From the NCBI GenBank assembly GCA_037137535.1, contig JBAXKC010000008.1, forward strand, positions 26,976-90,975: DNA of 64,000 nucleotides. The letters are read 5' to 3'. A program made the position numbers and the translations under genes. Under the pieces are notes generated by a model. It made no database searches. It was not told the DNA's origin and saw only the letters and a list, made by a program, of their open reading frames with translations. Below are positions 31,172 through 39,781 of the stretch, piece by piece; position 1 is the stretch's first letter, and each line of letters begins with the position of its first letter. Source of the stretch: a bacterium. Lineage in GTDB: Bacteria > Cyanobacteriota > Vampirovibrionia > Gastranaerophilales > JBAXKC01.

Positions 31172-31458
31172 TATGCAAAGTACTTGAATGAAGACTCAAT
31201 ATTTTTATCTACAACCTTTTTGGCTGATTCCAATTCAGTTTCAATCATTTTATGTTGAGCTTCAATTTGCTTTTGTTGTAGCTCTAATTGTTTATTCAAT
31301 TCAAAAACTTGTTTCTGAATATTATCATCATTCATAAAATTCTGTGCTTGAGCACTCAAATTCATCTCTTTTTGACAAATTCTTTGCATTTGAAACTCTA
31401 AAGTACTCTTTTGATCCGTTAACAATAGTACACGGGCCTGACCTGCTACTAAACCCAT
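31171..31458 (-). CDS. Small coiled-coil protein (MGLxAxQARxLxL.../...KKVVDKNIESSFK type)
   Basis: 95-aa Q/E/K-rich heptad pattern with a GGGGG SD. It resembles, from memory only, a Melainabacteria hypothetical family with conserved termini. Confidence 0.75.
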   Translation of the reverse strand: MGLVAGQARVLLLTDQKSTLEFQMQRICQKEMNLSAQAQNFMNDDNIQKQVFELNKQLELQQKQIEAQHKMIETELESAKKVVDKNIESSFKYFA

Positions 31459-31465
31459 AATTAGT

Positions 31466-31908
31466 TCCCCCTAAGACTCCCACGTCTTTAAAAACTATAT
31501 TCCCCAAGATAATAATTATAATTTTTTATATATATTGATAAATACCCCAATCCCCTAGACTTCTTTAAGTCATTTCAGATAATATTGTTTGGATTAATTC
31601 CTCCTTTCATCAAAAGATCCAAACAAATTGTCATACCCCTTATCTCCTAAATATCCCCTAAATCCCAAATTCTTTAAATTTCTATAAAAAGTTAACCAAA
31701 TAAATGTCCATACCCCTAAACTTCCTTTTGTAAACCATCCCCTAATTTTTTATAACATATTAAATATTTTTATAAAAAAATGTTTCAAACAAATGGTCAT
31801 ACCCCAGAACCTGCCTTTTATCCCTCCTAACTCTTAAAATAATCTAAATTTAAATATCATTATAATTTTCTAATTCACTAAGGCTTTATTTTCTCTATCC
31901 TTCTTGTT
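31466..31908 (-). promoter_or_regulatory. GGA-rich periodic leader or candidate sRNA containing three SD-preceded mini-ORFs
   Basis: 16 GGA on the minus strand versus 1 on the plus strand. The degenerate repeat AGG..GGGGT ATG rmm ATT TrT TTG has ATGs at 31800, 31711 and 31634. Two hairpins display GGA in their loops. Confidence 0.6.
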
Positions 31909-32061
31909 TCTGATTTATACCTTACATATATATAAACAATATATCGGATTAAAAATTGCTAAACATGTATATAATCTCTCCATGTATTGTAATATTTCTT
32001 AATATTTGCAAAAAACAATAATTCAACTTAAAATGTTGTTGTAGCTAACTTTTGGGGATTT

Positions 32062-32802
32062 TTGAATATGACTGCAAAGAAAATACTAAGTACATTAATA
32101 TTACTTACGGCACTAACAACAGCCTCTCAATCCTATGCGGGTGATAATACATATATACAAAATATGTACAGCAAACCCTTAAATCTTATTGAAAGTAGCA
32201 TACAGACTCAAAGAATCCCAGCAGGTACTCTAATAAATTTAAGACTTGAAACTCCTATAAATTCCTTAACATCACGCTCTGGCAGCGAATTCAACGCAAC
32301 AGTTATAGAAAATGTAAAAATTGGAAAAAAAGTTGTATTACCTATTGGGTCGCTAGTAAGAGGAATTGTCTGTGTATCGAAAAAAAATACATTTGTATCT
32401 CAACCTGGTTATTTAAGTTTAACTTTTGATCATGTAGTTACACCATTAGGTAAACAACTACCAATAGTTGTAAGAACAAACAATTTAAATGCAAATAAAG
32501 ACGATATTATCAAAGGTGAAGGCGGCTATTTCAGAGCAGTAAATAATCATTTTGAAAAGAGCATTGATATCCTTGATAATACAACCGTGTGGGGGTATAA
32601 AAAAGGGAAATCATTTGCTAAAGGGATACCTGCTATAATAACTACTCCTATATGTGCTTTAGGTGGTTCTGTATATGGAAGTTCTTATTTTGCATACAAC
32701 ACGTTTATGTCTTTCTTTAGAAAAGGTGACAATGTAATATTGAATCCAGGTCAAAACATTCAAATAATCTCAAAAGAAGATATAGATTTAGTATTAAATT
32801 AG
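32062..32802 (+). CDS. Secreted beta-rich hypothetical protein (TrbI/VirB10-like C-domain)
   Basis: Signal peptide, IPAGTLINLRLETPINS, LPIGSLVRG and a C-terminal KGDNVILNPG. Confidence 0.6.
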   Translation: MNMTAKKILSTLILLTALTTASQSYAGDNTYIQNMYSKPLNLIESSIQTQRIPAGTLINLRLETPINSLTSRSGSEFNATVIENVKIGKKVVLPIGSLVRGIVCVSKKNTFVSQPGYLSLTFDHVVTPLGKQLPIVVRTNNLNANKDDIIKGEGGYFRAVNNHFEKSIDILDNTTVWGYKKGKSFAKGIPAIITTPICALGGSVYGSSYFAYNTFMSFFRKGDNVILNPGQNIQIISKEDIDLVLN

Positions 32803-32811
32803 GTATTAAAA

Positions 32812-34089
32812 GTGATTGTAGAAATTTTATGTATCGGAGAAGAATTACTCTCTGGTAAAACAATTAATTCAAATTCAGCCTATCTTTCTGAAAAAATGGA
32901 AAATATAGGACATGAAGTTTTATATCATTCTGTAGTTGGTGATAATCCGAAGCGTATATTTGAATGTTTGGATATAGCTTTAGAAAGAGCTGATATAATT
33001 CTCATAACAGGTGGTCTAGGTCCTACTGATGATGATTTGACAATAGAAACATTGGCTGAATATTTAGGACTTACGTTAATTTTTCATCAATCTATCTTAG
33101 ATAAAATTGAATTAATATATAAAAATACAGGTAGAACTGCAACAGAAATGTGCAAAAAACAAGCCTTAATCCCACAAAATGCTACAATTATATCTAATAA
33201 TATCGGTACAGCAGCAGGTGTTTTATTAGAGTTTAAAGAAAATAAAAGACTGAATAAAAAATATAATTCCACAAAAATTATTGCGGCTTATCCAGGAGTT
33301 CCATATGAAATGAAGGATATGTGGGAAACTCAATCGGAGCAGTTCTTTAAAAATAAAGCTACTAACATAACAATAGTCAAAGACTTAAAGTTTATAGGTA
33401 TTCCGGAAGCAAAACTAGCTGAAAAAGTCAAAGATATACTTCAACAAGAAAATCCGACTGTAGCTCCTTATGTTTCAGCAGGAGAAGTAACGTTAAGGAT
33501 AAAATCTAAAGCTATTTATGAGAGTGAAGCTCAATTATTATTAAATCAAACAGAAGAAAAAATATTAAATAAAGCAAATGAATTTTATTATGGATTTAAT
33601 GATAATTCTTTAGAAGAAATTATTGGAAACCTGTTAAGTAAAAATAATTTAACTTTATCAATTGCAGAGTCTTGTACAGGCGGATTATTAAGTTCTAAAC
33701 TTACTGATGTAAGCGGTAGTTCGAAATATATTTTTTTAAATTTAGTAAGCTATTCAAATGAAGCAAAAAAACAAATGCTTGGAGTAAAAAATGAAACACT
33801 TGAAAAATATGGAGCGGTCAGCAAAGAAACAGTAACTGAAATGGCTCAAGGTATAAGAAAACTTGCCAATACTGATATAGGAGTTGCAATTAGCGGTATA
33901 GCAGGCCCTACTGGTGGCACAGAAAATAAACAGGTAGGTCTTATTTATTTAGCTATAGAGATTAATAACAAAATTGAAACCTATGAAATCAAGATTTCCA
34001 ATAAATTTAATCGAATTCAAATAAAAGAAAGAGCCGCAAAACAAGCCTTGAATTTCTTGAGAAAATCAATTTTAAATTATTTAGGTTAA
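32812..34089 (+). CDS. cinA: Competence/damage-inducible protein CinA (MoCF-like domain plus PncC)
   Basis: IGEELLSG, GGLGPTDDDLT, PGVPYEM, AESCTGG and SGIAGPTGG. Confidence 0.95.
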   Translation: MIVEILCIGEELLSGKTINSNSAYLSEKMENIGHEVLYHSVVGDNPKRIFECLDIALERADIILITGGLGPTDDDLTIETLAEYLGLTLIFHQSILDKIELIYKNTGRTATEMCKKQALIPQNATIISNNIGTAAGVLLEFKENKRLNKKYNSTKIIAAYPGVPYEMKDMWETQSEQFFKNKATNITIVKDLKFIGIPEAKLAEKVKDILQQENPTVAPYVSAGEVTLRIKSKAIYESEAQLLLNQTEEKILNKANEFYYGFNDNSLEEIIGNLLSKNNLTLSIAESCTGGLLSSKLTDVSGSSKYIFLNLVSYSNEAKKQMLGVKNETLEKYGAVSKETVTEMAQGIRKLANTDIGVAISGIAGPTGGTENKQVGLIYLAIEINNKIETYEIKISNKFNRIQIKERAAKQALNFLRKSILNYLG

Positions 34090-34133
34090 ATCTATATTTT
34101 GCCCCCTTTTATTTATTTAATCAATAAGTTAAT

Positions 34134-35210
34134 ATGAATAAAGATAATAAAGTTGAGGCTTTAATGAACAAATTGAATCCATTTAGCAACATTAAAAAAG
34201 TAAAAGCTAATATTACTATGAGCATGCTTGCTGTGTCAGTAGTAGTTGCTTGTGTTGTGGGAACTGTATGTATTCTGAAAAGCAATGAAATCATAATTAG
34301 AGAGTCAAAAAAATTAATTGTAATAAATGCACAAAATGAATCAGGTAAAATTTATAAAGACTTTTTAAAAGTTGAAAAATCAGTAGATAATCTTTCAAAT
34401 GTAGTAACAGGCTCTATTGAATCTAAAAATCTTACTAATTCTTCCTATATGAAAAATTACGATAAATTACTCGTTGTAATTACTCAAGAATTTGCTAAAA
34501 ATACTGATTGGAACATGAGCTCATATATTTATTTTGTTCCAGATGTTACTAAAGGAATATACGGAGCTTGGGTTGTTTATGATCCTAAAACTGATAGTTT
34601 TAAAAATATACCTGATATTGCGATGAAAAATGAATTTAAAGCAAGTAATAAAAATTTTGTTTGGTATTACAATGCAATCAATGCTAAGAAAGGTGTATGG
34701 ACAAACCTTTATCTTGATAATGATTTAAAAACACCAATGATTTCCTATTCAAAACCTATAAAAATAAAGAATAAAATATCAGCTGTTATTGGAATGGATA
34801 TATCTGTTGAAAATTTAAACAGAATGGTTAAAAATATCAAACTTTACAAAGAAAATGAGTGTTTACTAATTGATAATAATTATAATATTATTGCAAACAA
34901 TGAAAATTACACAAATAAAGACAACTTGAAAGAAATAGAAAATGGCAAATATAAATATTTAATAGAACAATCTAAAAATAAAAAGACGGGGTTAGCTACA
35001 TATAAAGATGATGGCGTAGAAAAATTTGCATCCTATTCAACTTTACCTAATGGTTATAAATTATTCTTATCAGTACCTGTTTCCGAAGTATTAAAAGCAA
35101 TGATTGAATTAAGAATATTGCTTATTTTAATAATTATCCTAGTAATTATTATAGTTGATGTTTTCGCCATTGGATTTGTTAATAGTTTATTAGAAACAGA
35201 CGAAGATTAA
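34134..35210 (+). CDS. Stand-alone membrane-anchored dCache sensor with no output domain
   Basis: Two TM segments flank WYYNAI..GVWTNLYLD..MISYSKPI..VIGMDI. The protein ends a few residues after TM2. Confidence 0.75.
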   Translation: MNKDNKVEALMNKLNPFSNIKKVKANITMSMLAVSVVVACVVGTVCILKSNEIIIRESKKLIVINAQNESGKIYKDFLKVEKSVDNLSNVVTGSIESKNLTNSSYMKNYDKLLVVITQEFAKNTDWNMSSYIYFVPDVTKGIYGAWVVYDPKTDSFKNIPDIAMKNEFKASNKNFVWYYNAINAKKGVWTNLYLDNDLKTPMISYSKPIKIKNKISAVIGMDISVENLNRMVKNIKLYKENECLLIDNNYNIIANNENYTNKDNLKEIENGKYKYLIEQSKNKKTGLATYKDDGVEKFASYSTLPNGYKLFLSVPVSEVLKAMIELRILLILIIILVIIIVDVFAIGFVNSLLETDED

Positions 35211-35233
35211 ATTTTTTCAATAAAGACTTATAT

Positions 35234-35286
35234 AAAATAAAAAGCATCCTGAAATTATTGAATAAATACAGGATGCTTTTTATTTT
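35234..35286. terminator. Bidirectional terminator
   Basis: AAAATAAAAAGCATCCTG/CAGGATGCTTTTTATTTT 18-bp inverted repeat between convergent genes. Confidence 0.75.
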
Positions 35287-35313
35287 GCTACTAAATATTT
35301 AGTTCTTTACATG

Positions 35314-35577
35314 CTAAATATTTAAAAATTTTTGCCCTTTAAATTTCTCTGCCAATCCACACTCTGAAAGAATAAATAATTTTTGATAATTATAAAGACC
35401 GCTATAAGTCTCTTTAACCAGAACATTTCCTGAGTAGGGGTCAGTTCCTATTACCAATAATTTCCTCTCAAATTTCCCACCTGAATCTAAATTCACTTCA
35501 TAATTACTACTCTGCAGATACTTTTGTTGAGCCTTTGATAACTTAAGTGGGTTGGTGCATCTCCTGGTATTTTGCAT
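35314..35577 (-). CDS. Hypothetical protein
   Basis: 87-aa ORF with an AAAGGG SD and a downstream terminator. Confidence 0.55.
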   Translation of the reverse strand: MQNTRRCTNPLKLSKAQQKYLQSSNYEVNLDSGGKFERKLLVIGTDPYSGNVLVKETYSGLYNYQKLFILSECGLAEKFKGQKFLNI

Positions 35578-35787
35578 TGCGCTACCCTTTCTTTAATTTA
35601 TCCTTAAATATTCTATTTTTATCACACTAAAACTAAACTCACATTTTAATACTACACTATCCTTCCTGTTGCTTAAAAAATTAGTTTCTAAAAAATTAAC
35701 ACTTCTGTAAACAAAACGATACAAAAGTGTTAACTTTCTGTAATATTAAAACTCTAGCAAAATTTACATGATAAAGTTAAGGATTGA

Positions 35788-36039
35788 TTATTTACTGGGG
35801 AAATAATCGCAAATCCTTTTTTCTTGCTTACTAAATTTAATGTTACGAAATAAATTAAGTAACTTTCCTTTAGTTTGTGAATCACTAAGTTTTTTTCTCA
35901 GGCATGCTCTCTGAATAATTAATCTATTGTACATCTTGGATGATTCTTCTGAAGAATCGACCTTACTTTTTAATAAATTAATTTGATATGTCAGATGCTT
36001 AATTGAGGCTTTAATTTCTTCTGTTGTTTTTTTGCTCAT
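35788..36039 (-). CDS. Hypothetical basic coiled-coil protein
   Basis: 83-aa ORF with an AAGGGG SD-like sequence upstream. Confidence 0.55.
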   Translation of the reverse strand: MSKKTTEEIKASIKHLTYQINLLKSKVDSSEESSKMYNRLIIQRACLRKKLSDSQTKGKLLNLFRNIKFSKQEKRICDYFPSK

Positions 36040-36272
36040 AAACAGACGTAATAACCCCTTAAACGTTAATAGTACAACCAGAATTTTTGAGAATTGAATC
36101 TAACCTATGTTAAAATATTTATAGTATATTAAAATAATAGAATAGCAAGCAGCTTATTTGTTCCCCTAAATGGGCGATAGAATAGAAATTTACACTAAAA
36201 AAATTAATTTTTACATGTAAATCGTTTATTATATCTAAATAGACAATATAATTCAAAGAAAGTGATGATGAA

Positions 36273-37337
36273 TTGAAAATTTTAATTATACGATTAAGTG
36301 CAATAGGCGATGTAGTCCACTCCTTGCCCATACTTCATTCATTAAGACGCAAATTTGCTGATGCACAGATAGATTGGATAGTTGAAGATAAATCATGTGA
36401 CTTACTTGTCAACAATCCATTGATTGATAACGTAATTATTGTGCCAAAGAGCCAATGGAAAAAACGTGGTTATTCATTAAAAAACATTTCAGAATACTTT
36501 GATGTAATAAAAAGAATTAGACACGAAAAATATGACATTGCCATAGATTTACAAGAACTTTATAAAAGTGCCTCTCTTGCTTTTTTTAGCGGTGCAAAAA
36601 GAAGAATTGGACACAAAGGAACAAGAGAGTTTGCAGATTGGTTTGTAAACGAAAAACTTCCATATCTTGATACATTTGATCCAAATAAAAAAATTATAGA
36701 AAGATATTTAGAACCTGCTGCATATTTAGGCGCTCCTATCGATGAAGTAAAATTTTCACTACCGCCTATAGATGAGGAAACAGTAAAGTATGTCGATACT
36801 TTGCTTGCTAATATTGATAAATCTAAACCATTAACAATAATTTCACCTGCAACAATTTGGGAAACAAAACATTGGATTGAAGACCATTGGGCTGAATTTA
36901 TCAACCTTGCTGATGAAAAAACAAATATAATTTTTTCTGGAATCGAAAAAGATAATGAATTAATCAATAGAATTATCAGCAAAACAAATAGAAGAAACTA
37001 TTTATCAATTGCTGGTAAAACTGATCTTTTCCAATTAATGGAAGTATTTAATCGAACAGATATCTTACTTTCACCTGATACAGGGCCAGCTCATATTGCT
37101 AATGCTACTGATAAACCCGAAATAATTATGATTTTTGGTTCAACAAGCTTTAAGAGAAGTTGTCCACATGGTAATAAACATGTTTCATTATCTGCTGAAA
37201 TAGATTGTCAGCCATGTTTCAAAAGACGCTGTCCGAGGAATGATAATAATATGAAATGTATGCATGACATAACTCCGCAGAAAGTTTTTGATATTTTTAA
37301 TCAAAAGATTACAAATATTGATATTAATGTTATATAA
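36273..37337 (+). CDS. LPS heptosyltransferase (GT9, WaaC/WaaF family)
   Basis: RLSAIGDVVH, DLQ, DTGPAHIA and CQPC...C motifs. Confidence 0.92.
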   Translation: MKILIIRLSAIGDVVHSLPILHSLRRKFADAQIDWIVEDKSCDLLVNNPLIDNVIIVPKSQWKKRGYSLKNISEYFDVIKRIRHEKYDIAIDLQELYKSASLAFFSGAKRRIGHKGTREFADWFVNEKLPYLDTFDPNKKIIERYLEPAAYLGAPIDEVKFSLPPIDEETVKYVDTLLANIDKSKPLTIISPATIWETKHWIEDHWAEFINLADEKTNIIFSGIEKDNELINRIISKTNRRNYLSIAGKTDLFQLMEVFNRTDILLSPDTGPAHIANATDKPEIIMIFGSTSFKRSCPHGNKHVSLSAEIDCQPCFKRRCPRNDNNMKCMHDITPQKVFDIFNQKITNIDINVI

Positions 37338-37374
37338 TAAGTTGATGAGATAGCTGAAAGGTTCATAAAAAATA

Positions 37375-39303
37375 ATGAGCTTTGAATGGTATAAAAATTT
37401 AATAACTTCTTTTAAAGACTACAACAGCAAAATAGACAAGATTGAAAGTAGTATGCTAGGTGAACGTGTTAAGTTTAAAGAACTTTACGAGCGTAATCTT
37501 CAGCTTGAGCAACAGATTGCAGAACGTACTGATGAGCTTAATCAGGCGAACAGAGGTTTAATTTCATTAAATCACATTTGGGAAACAATGAACTCCTCAG
37601 AGCCTTTATCTGGCGTTTTAACAAATGTAACTCAAGGCTTAGCTGAAGGTCTTAATTATTTAAGTTGTTTTATTTTTCAATTAACTGTTGATAACAATAA
37701 AGAGATAATAAAAGTAAGAATTGTCAGCAAAAACAGCTTTTTAACTAAAATTGAAGATATTCTTTGTGAAAAGATTGAAGCTTTTGAAATACCCTTTTCA
37801 ACTAGCGACAATATAATTGTTCAATCAATAAAAACTAAAACAGCAAAAAACACAAAATCCTTTAGACATATTTTATACGGTTGCACTCCATATATTAAAA
37901 GTGAAACCCTTGAAGCACTTGATAATTTAATAGGAAATAGAAATATCTGTGTACTTCCGTTATATCAAAATAACAAGCCTTTTGGTTGCTTAATGGCTAT
38001 TTCAATTAGAGCTGAAATTAGTAATATTGAAAAAAACTTTTTAAAGTTATTTGCTGATCAAACTGAGCTTGCGGTTACAATTGCAGGATTATTTGAGCAA
38101 ATTAGAGATCAAGCAGTTACTGACCCACTAACAAAATTATTCAACAGAAGACATTTTGACCAATGCTTAGCCTCTGAGGCAGATAGATCGGTAAGGTTAA
38201 AACAACCATTTTCAATTATTACGTTAGACTTGGACCACCTGAAATTTATAAATGATACCTATGGACATAATGCAGGCGATGCTGCAATTAAAATGATCGG
38301 GCTTGTCTTATATGAAAACGCACGATCAATTGACGTACCTGCCAGATGCGGTGGTGAAGAATTCGCTGTAATCTTACCCGGTGTTGATTTAGATGGAGCT
38401 TTAATTGCGGCTGAAAGACTTAGAGTGGCTATTGAAACTTCAGCAGTAGAAGGAGTCGGAAGAATTACAGCAAGTATAGGCGTAGGAACATTCTTCAGAC
38501 ATACAGATTCAATTGGTGAATTATTAGAACTTGTTGATCAGGCGATGTATAGAGCAAAAAGAAATGGACGTAATCAAGTACAAATAGCTTTAGCAAATTC
38601 AGAAATGGATTGGCGCCAGATTATGCTGGATACGTTTATGGATATGCTTGCAAAACAACACGTTAATCTTTCTCAACCTGTAGTAAAAGAAATAACAAAA
38701 CGTCTTAAATCTGAAGATACCAAAGAGAAAAGCTTAATTGACTGTTTATCATATATAGTTGATAACATTAATCATGTTTTTAGCCCTATGTATCAACTAA
38801 AAAATGGTGAAAAACTTTACATTATTGATAAAATTTGTAAAAAATTAGAAATGATTGATTCAGAAATTGAAAAAATCAAAATAGCTTCTTTATTGCATGA
38901 TTTAGGAAATCTTATTATTCCAGAAAATCTACTTTTAAAACCTGGTCCTATTTCATCTGACGAGAAAAAATTTATTCTTAATCATCCTATAATCACTGCA
39001 AAAGAAATATTAAAACCTTTAAATTCAGCTAATCATATTGTTTCAATGCTTGAATATCATCACGAACATTGGAGCGGAGCAGGCTATCCGGGCAATTTAG
39101 CAGGTGAAAATATTCCTGTCGGGTCAAGAATTTTATTTATATTGGATGCATACTTTGCCATGGTTAGTAATAGGCCGCATAGAAAAGCATTAACCAATAA
39201 TGAAGCACTGCAAATACTTAAAGAAGGCGCTAACAATGAATGGGATGGAAAGATAATTGATCTCTTTATTAATGTATTAGCAGAGATGAAAGAAGTTTCT
39301 TAA
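37375..39303 (+). CDS. GAF-GGDEF-HD-GYP c-di-GMP signalling protein
   Basis: DPLTKLFNRR, RxxD I-site (RSID) and GGEEF. HD-GYP-like LLHDLG and HHEHWSGAGYP. Confidence 0.9.
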   Translation: MSFEWYKNLITSFKDYNSKIDKIESSMLGERVKFKELYERNLQLEQQIAERTDELNQANRGLISLNHIWETMNSSEPLSGVLTNVTQGLAEGLNYLSCFIFQLTVDNNKEIIKVRIVSKNSFLTKIEDILCEKIEAFEIPFSTSDNIIVQSIKTKTAKNTKSFRHILYGCTPYIKSETLEALDNLIGNRNICVLPLYQNNKPFGCLMAISIRAEISNIEKNFLKLFADQTELAVTIAGLFEQIRDQAVTDPLTKLFNRRHFDQCLASEADRSVRLKQPFSIITLDLDHLKFINDTYGHNAGDAAIKMIGLVLYENARSIDVPARCGGEEFAVILPGVDLDGALIAAERLRVAIETSAVEGVGRITASIGVGTFFRHTDSIGELLELVDQAMYRAKRNGRNQVQIALANSEMDWRQIMLDTFMDMLAKQHVNLSQPVVKEITKRLKSEDTKEKSLIDCLSYIVDNINHVFSPMYQLKNGEKLYIIDKICKKLEMIDSEIEKIKIASLLHDLGNLIIPENLLLKPGPISSDEKKFILNHPIITAKEILKPLNSANHIVSMLEYHHEHWSGAGYPGNLAGENIPVGSRILFILDAYFAMVSNRPHRKALTNNEALQILKEGANNEWDGKIIDLFINVLAEMKEVS

Positions 39304-39348
39304 AACTCATCATAAATATCAATATTAAACTCTTAATAATTATTTTAT

Positions 39349-39376
39349 AAAAATGCCAAAAAATTTGGCATTTTTT
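39349..39376 (+). terminator. Intrinsic terminator
   Basis: AAAAATGCCAAA/TTTGGCATTTTTT inverted repeat. Confidence 0.7.
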
Positions 39377-39427
39377 ACTCTTTATGATACTTAATAGAAA
39401 TAAGATTATAATATTGAACAGGATCTA

Positions 39428-39781
39428 ATGAATAAAATAATGGTGTCTAATATAATTGATCACCTATGGAAATGGGTTACCACTTATAAAGGACGAGATG
39501 TTATCAAAGACTGTACCGGTCTTATAAACGCAAAGTTCGACTGCTATCTGGAGAGTACAGCATCAAATCCACTATCTTTTACTGTATTTGAATTATCAGA
39601 AAAAGGTGAAGTAATAATAGATGATGTAACAAGAATATCTGAAAGTGAAGCAGCATTTTATTTATTCGTAAATTCTAAAACAGGCTGGATATTGGCAATT
39701 AAAAATAATCTTGAAAATCAAAAAAAACTCGTAACGGGTGAGGCTATACAAAATATAAAGGTAAGGATTGTACCAAAATGA
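39428..39781 (+). CDS. Hypothetical protein coupled to typA
   Basis: 117-aa ORF with an ATGA overlap with typA. Confidence 0.65.
   Translation: MNKIMVSNIIDHLWKWVTTYKGRDVIKDCTGLINAKFDCYLESTASNPLSFTVFELSEKGEVIIDDVTRISESEAAFYLFVNSKTGWILAIKNNLENQKKLVTGEAIQNIKVRIVPK

Noticed and set aside
31540-31830. CRISPR array or type III toxin-antitoxin repeat array
   Set aside because: The repeats are too degenerate and unevenly spaced, no cas genes are present, and the downstream protein is a coiled coil, not a ToxN-like RNase.
32062-32802. Type IV secretion system implied by the VirB10-like protein
   Set aside because: No other virB/trb genes are nearby, and the similarity is limited to a generic beta domain.
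36119-36331. 70-aa minus-strand ORF
   Set aside because: It overlaps the heptosyltransferase start and the divergent promoter region, so it is likely spurious.
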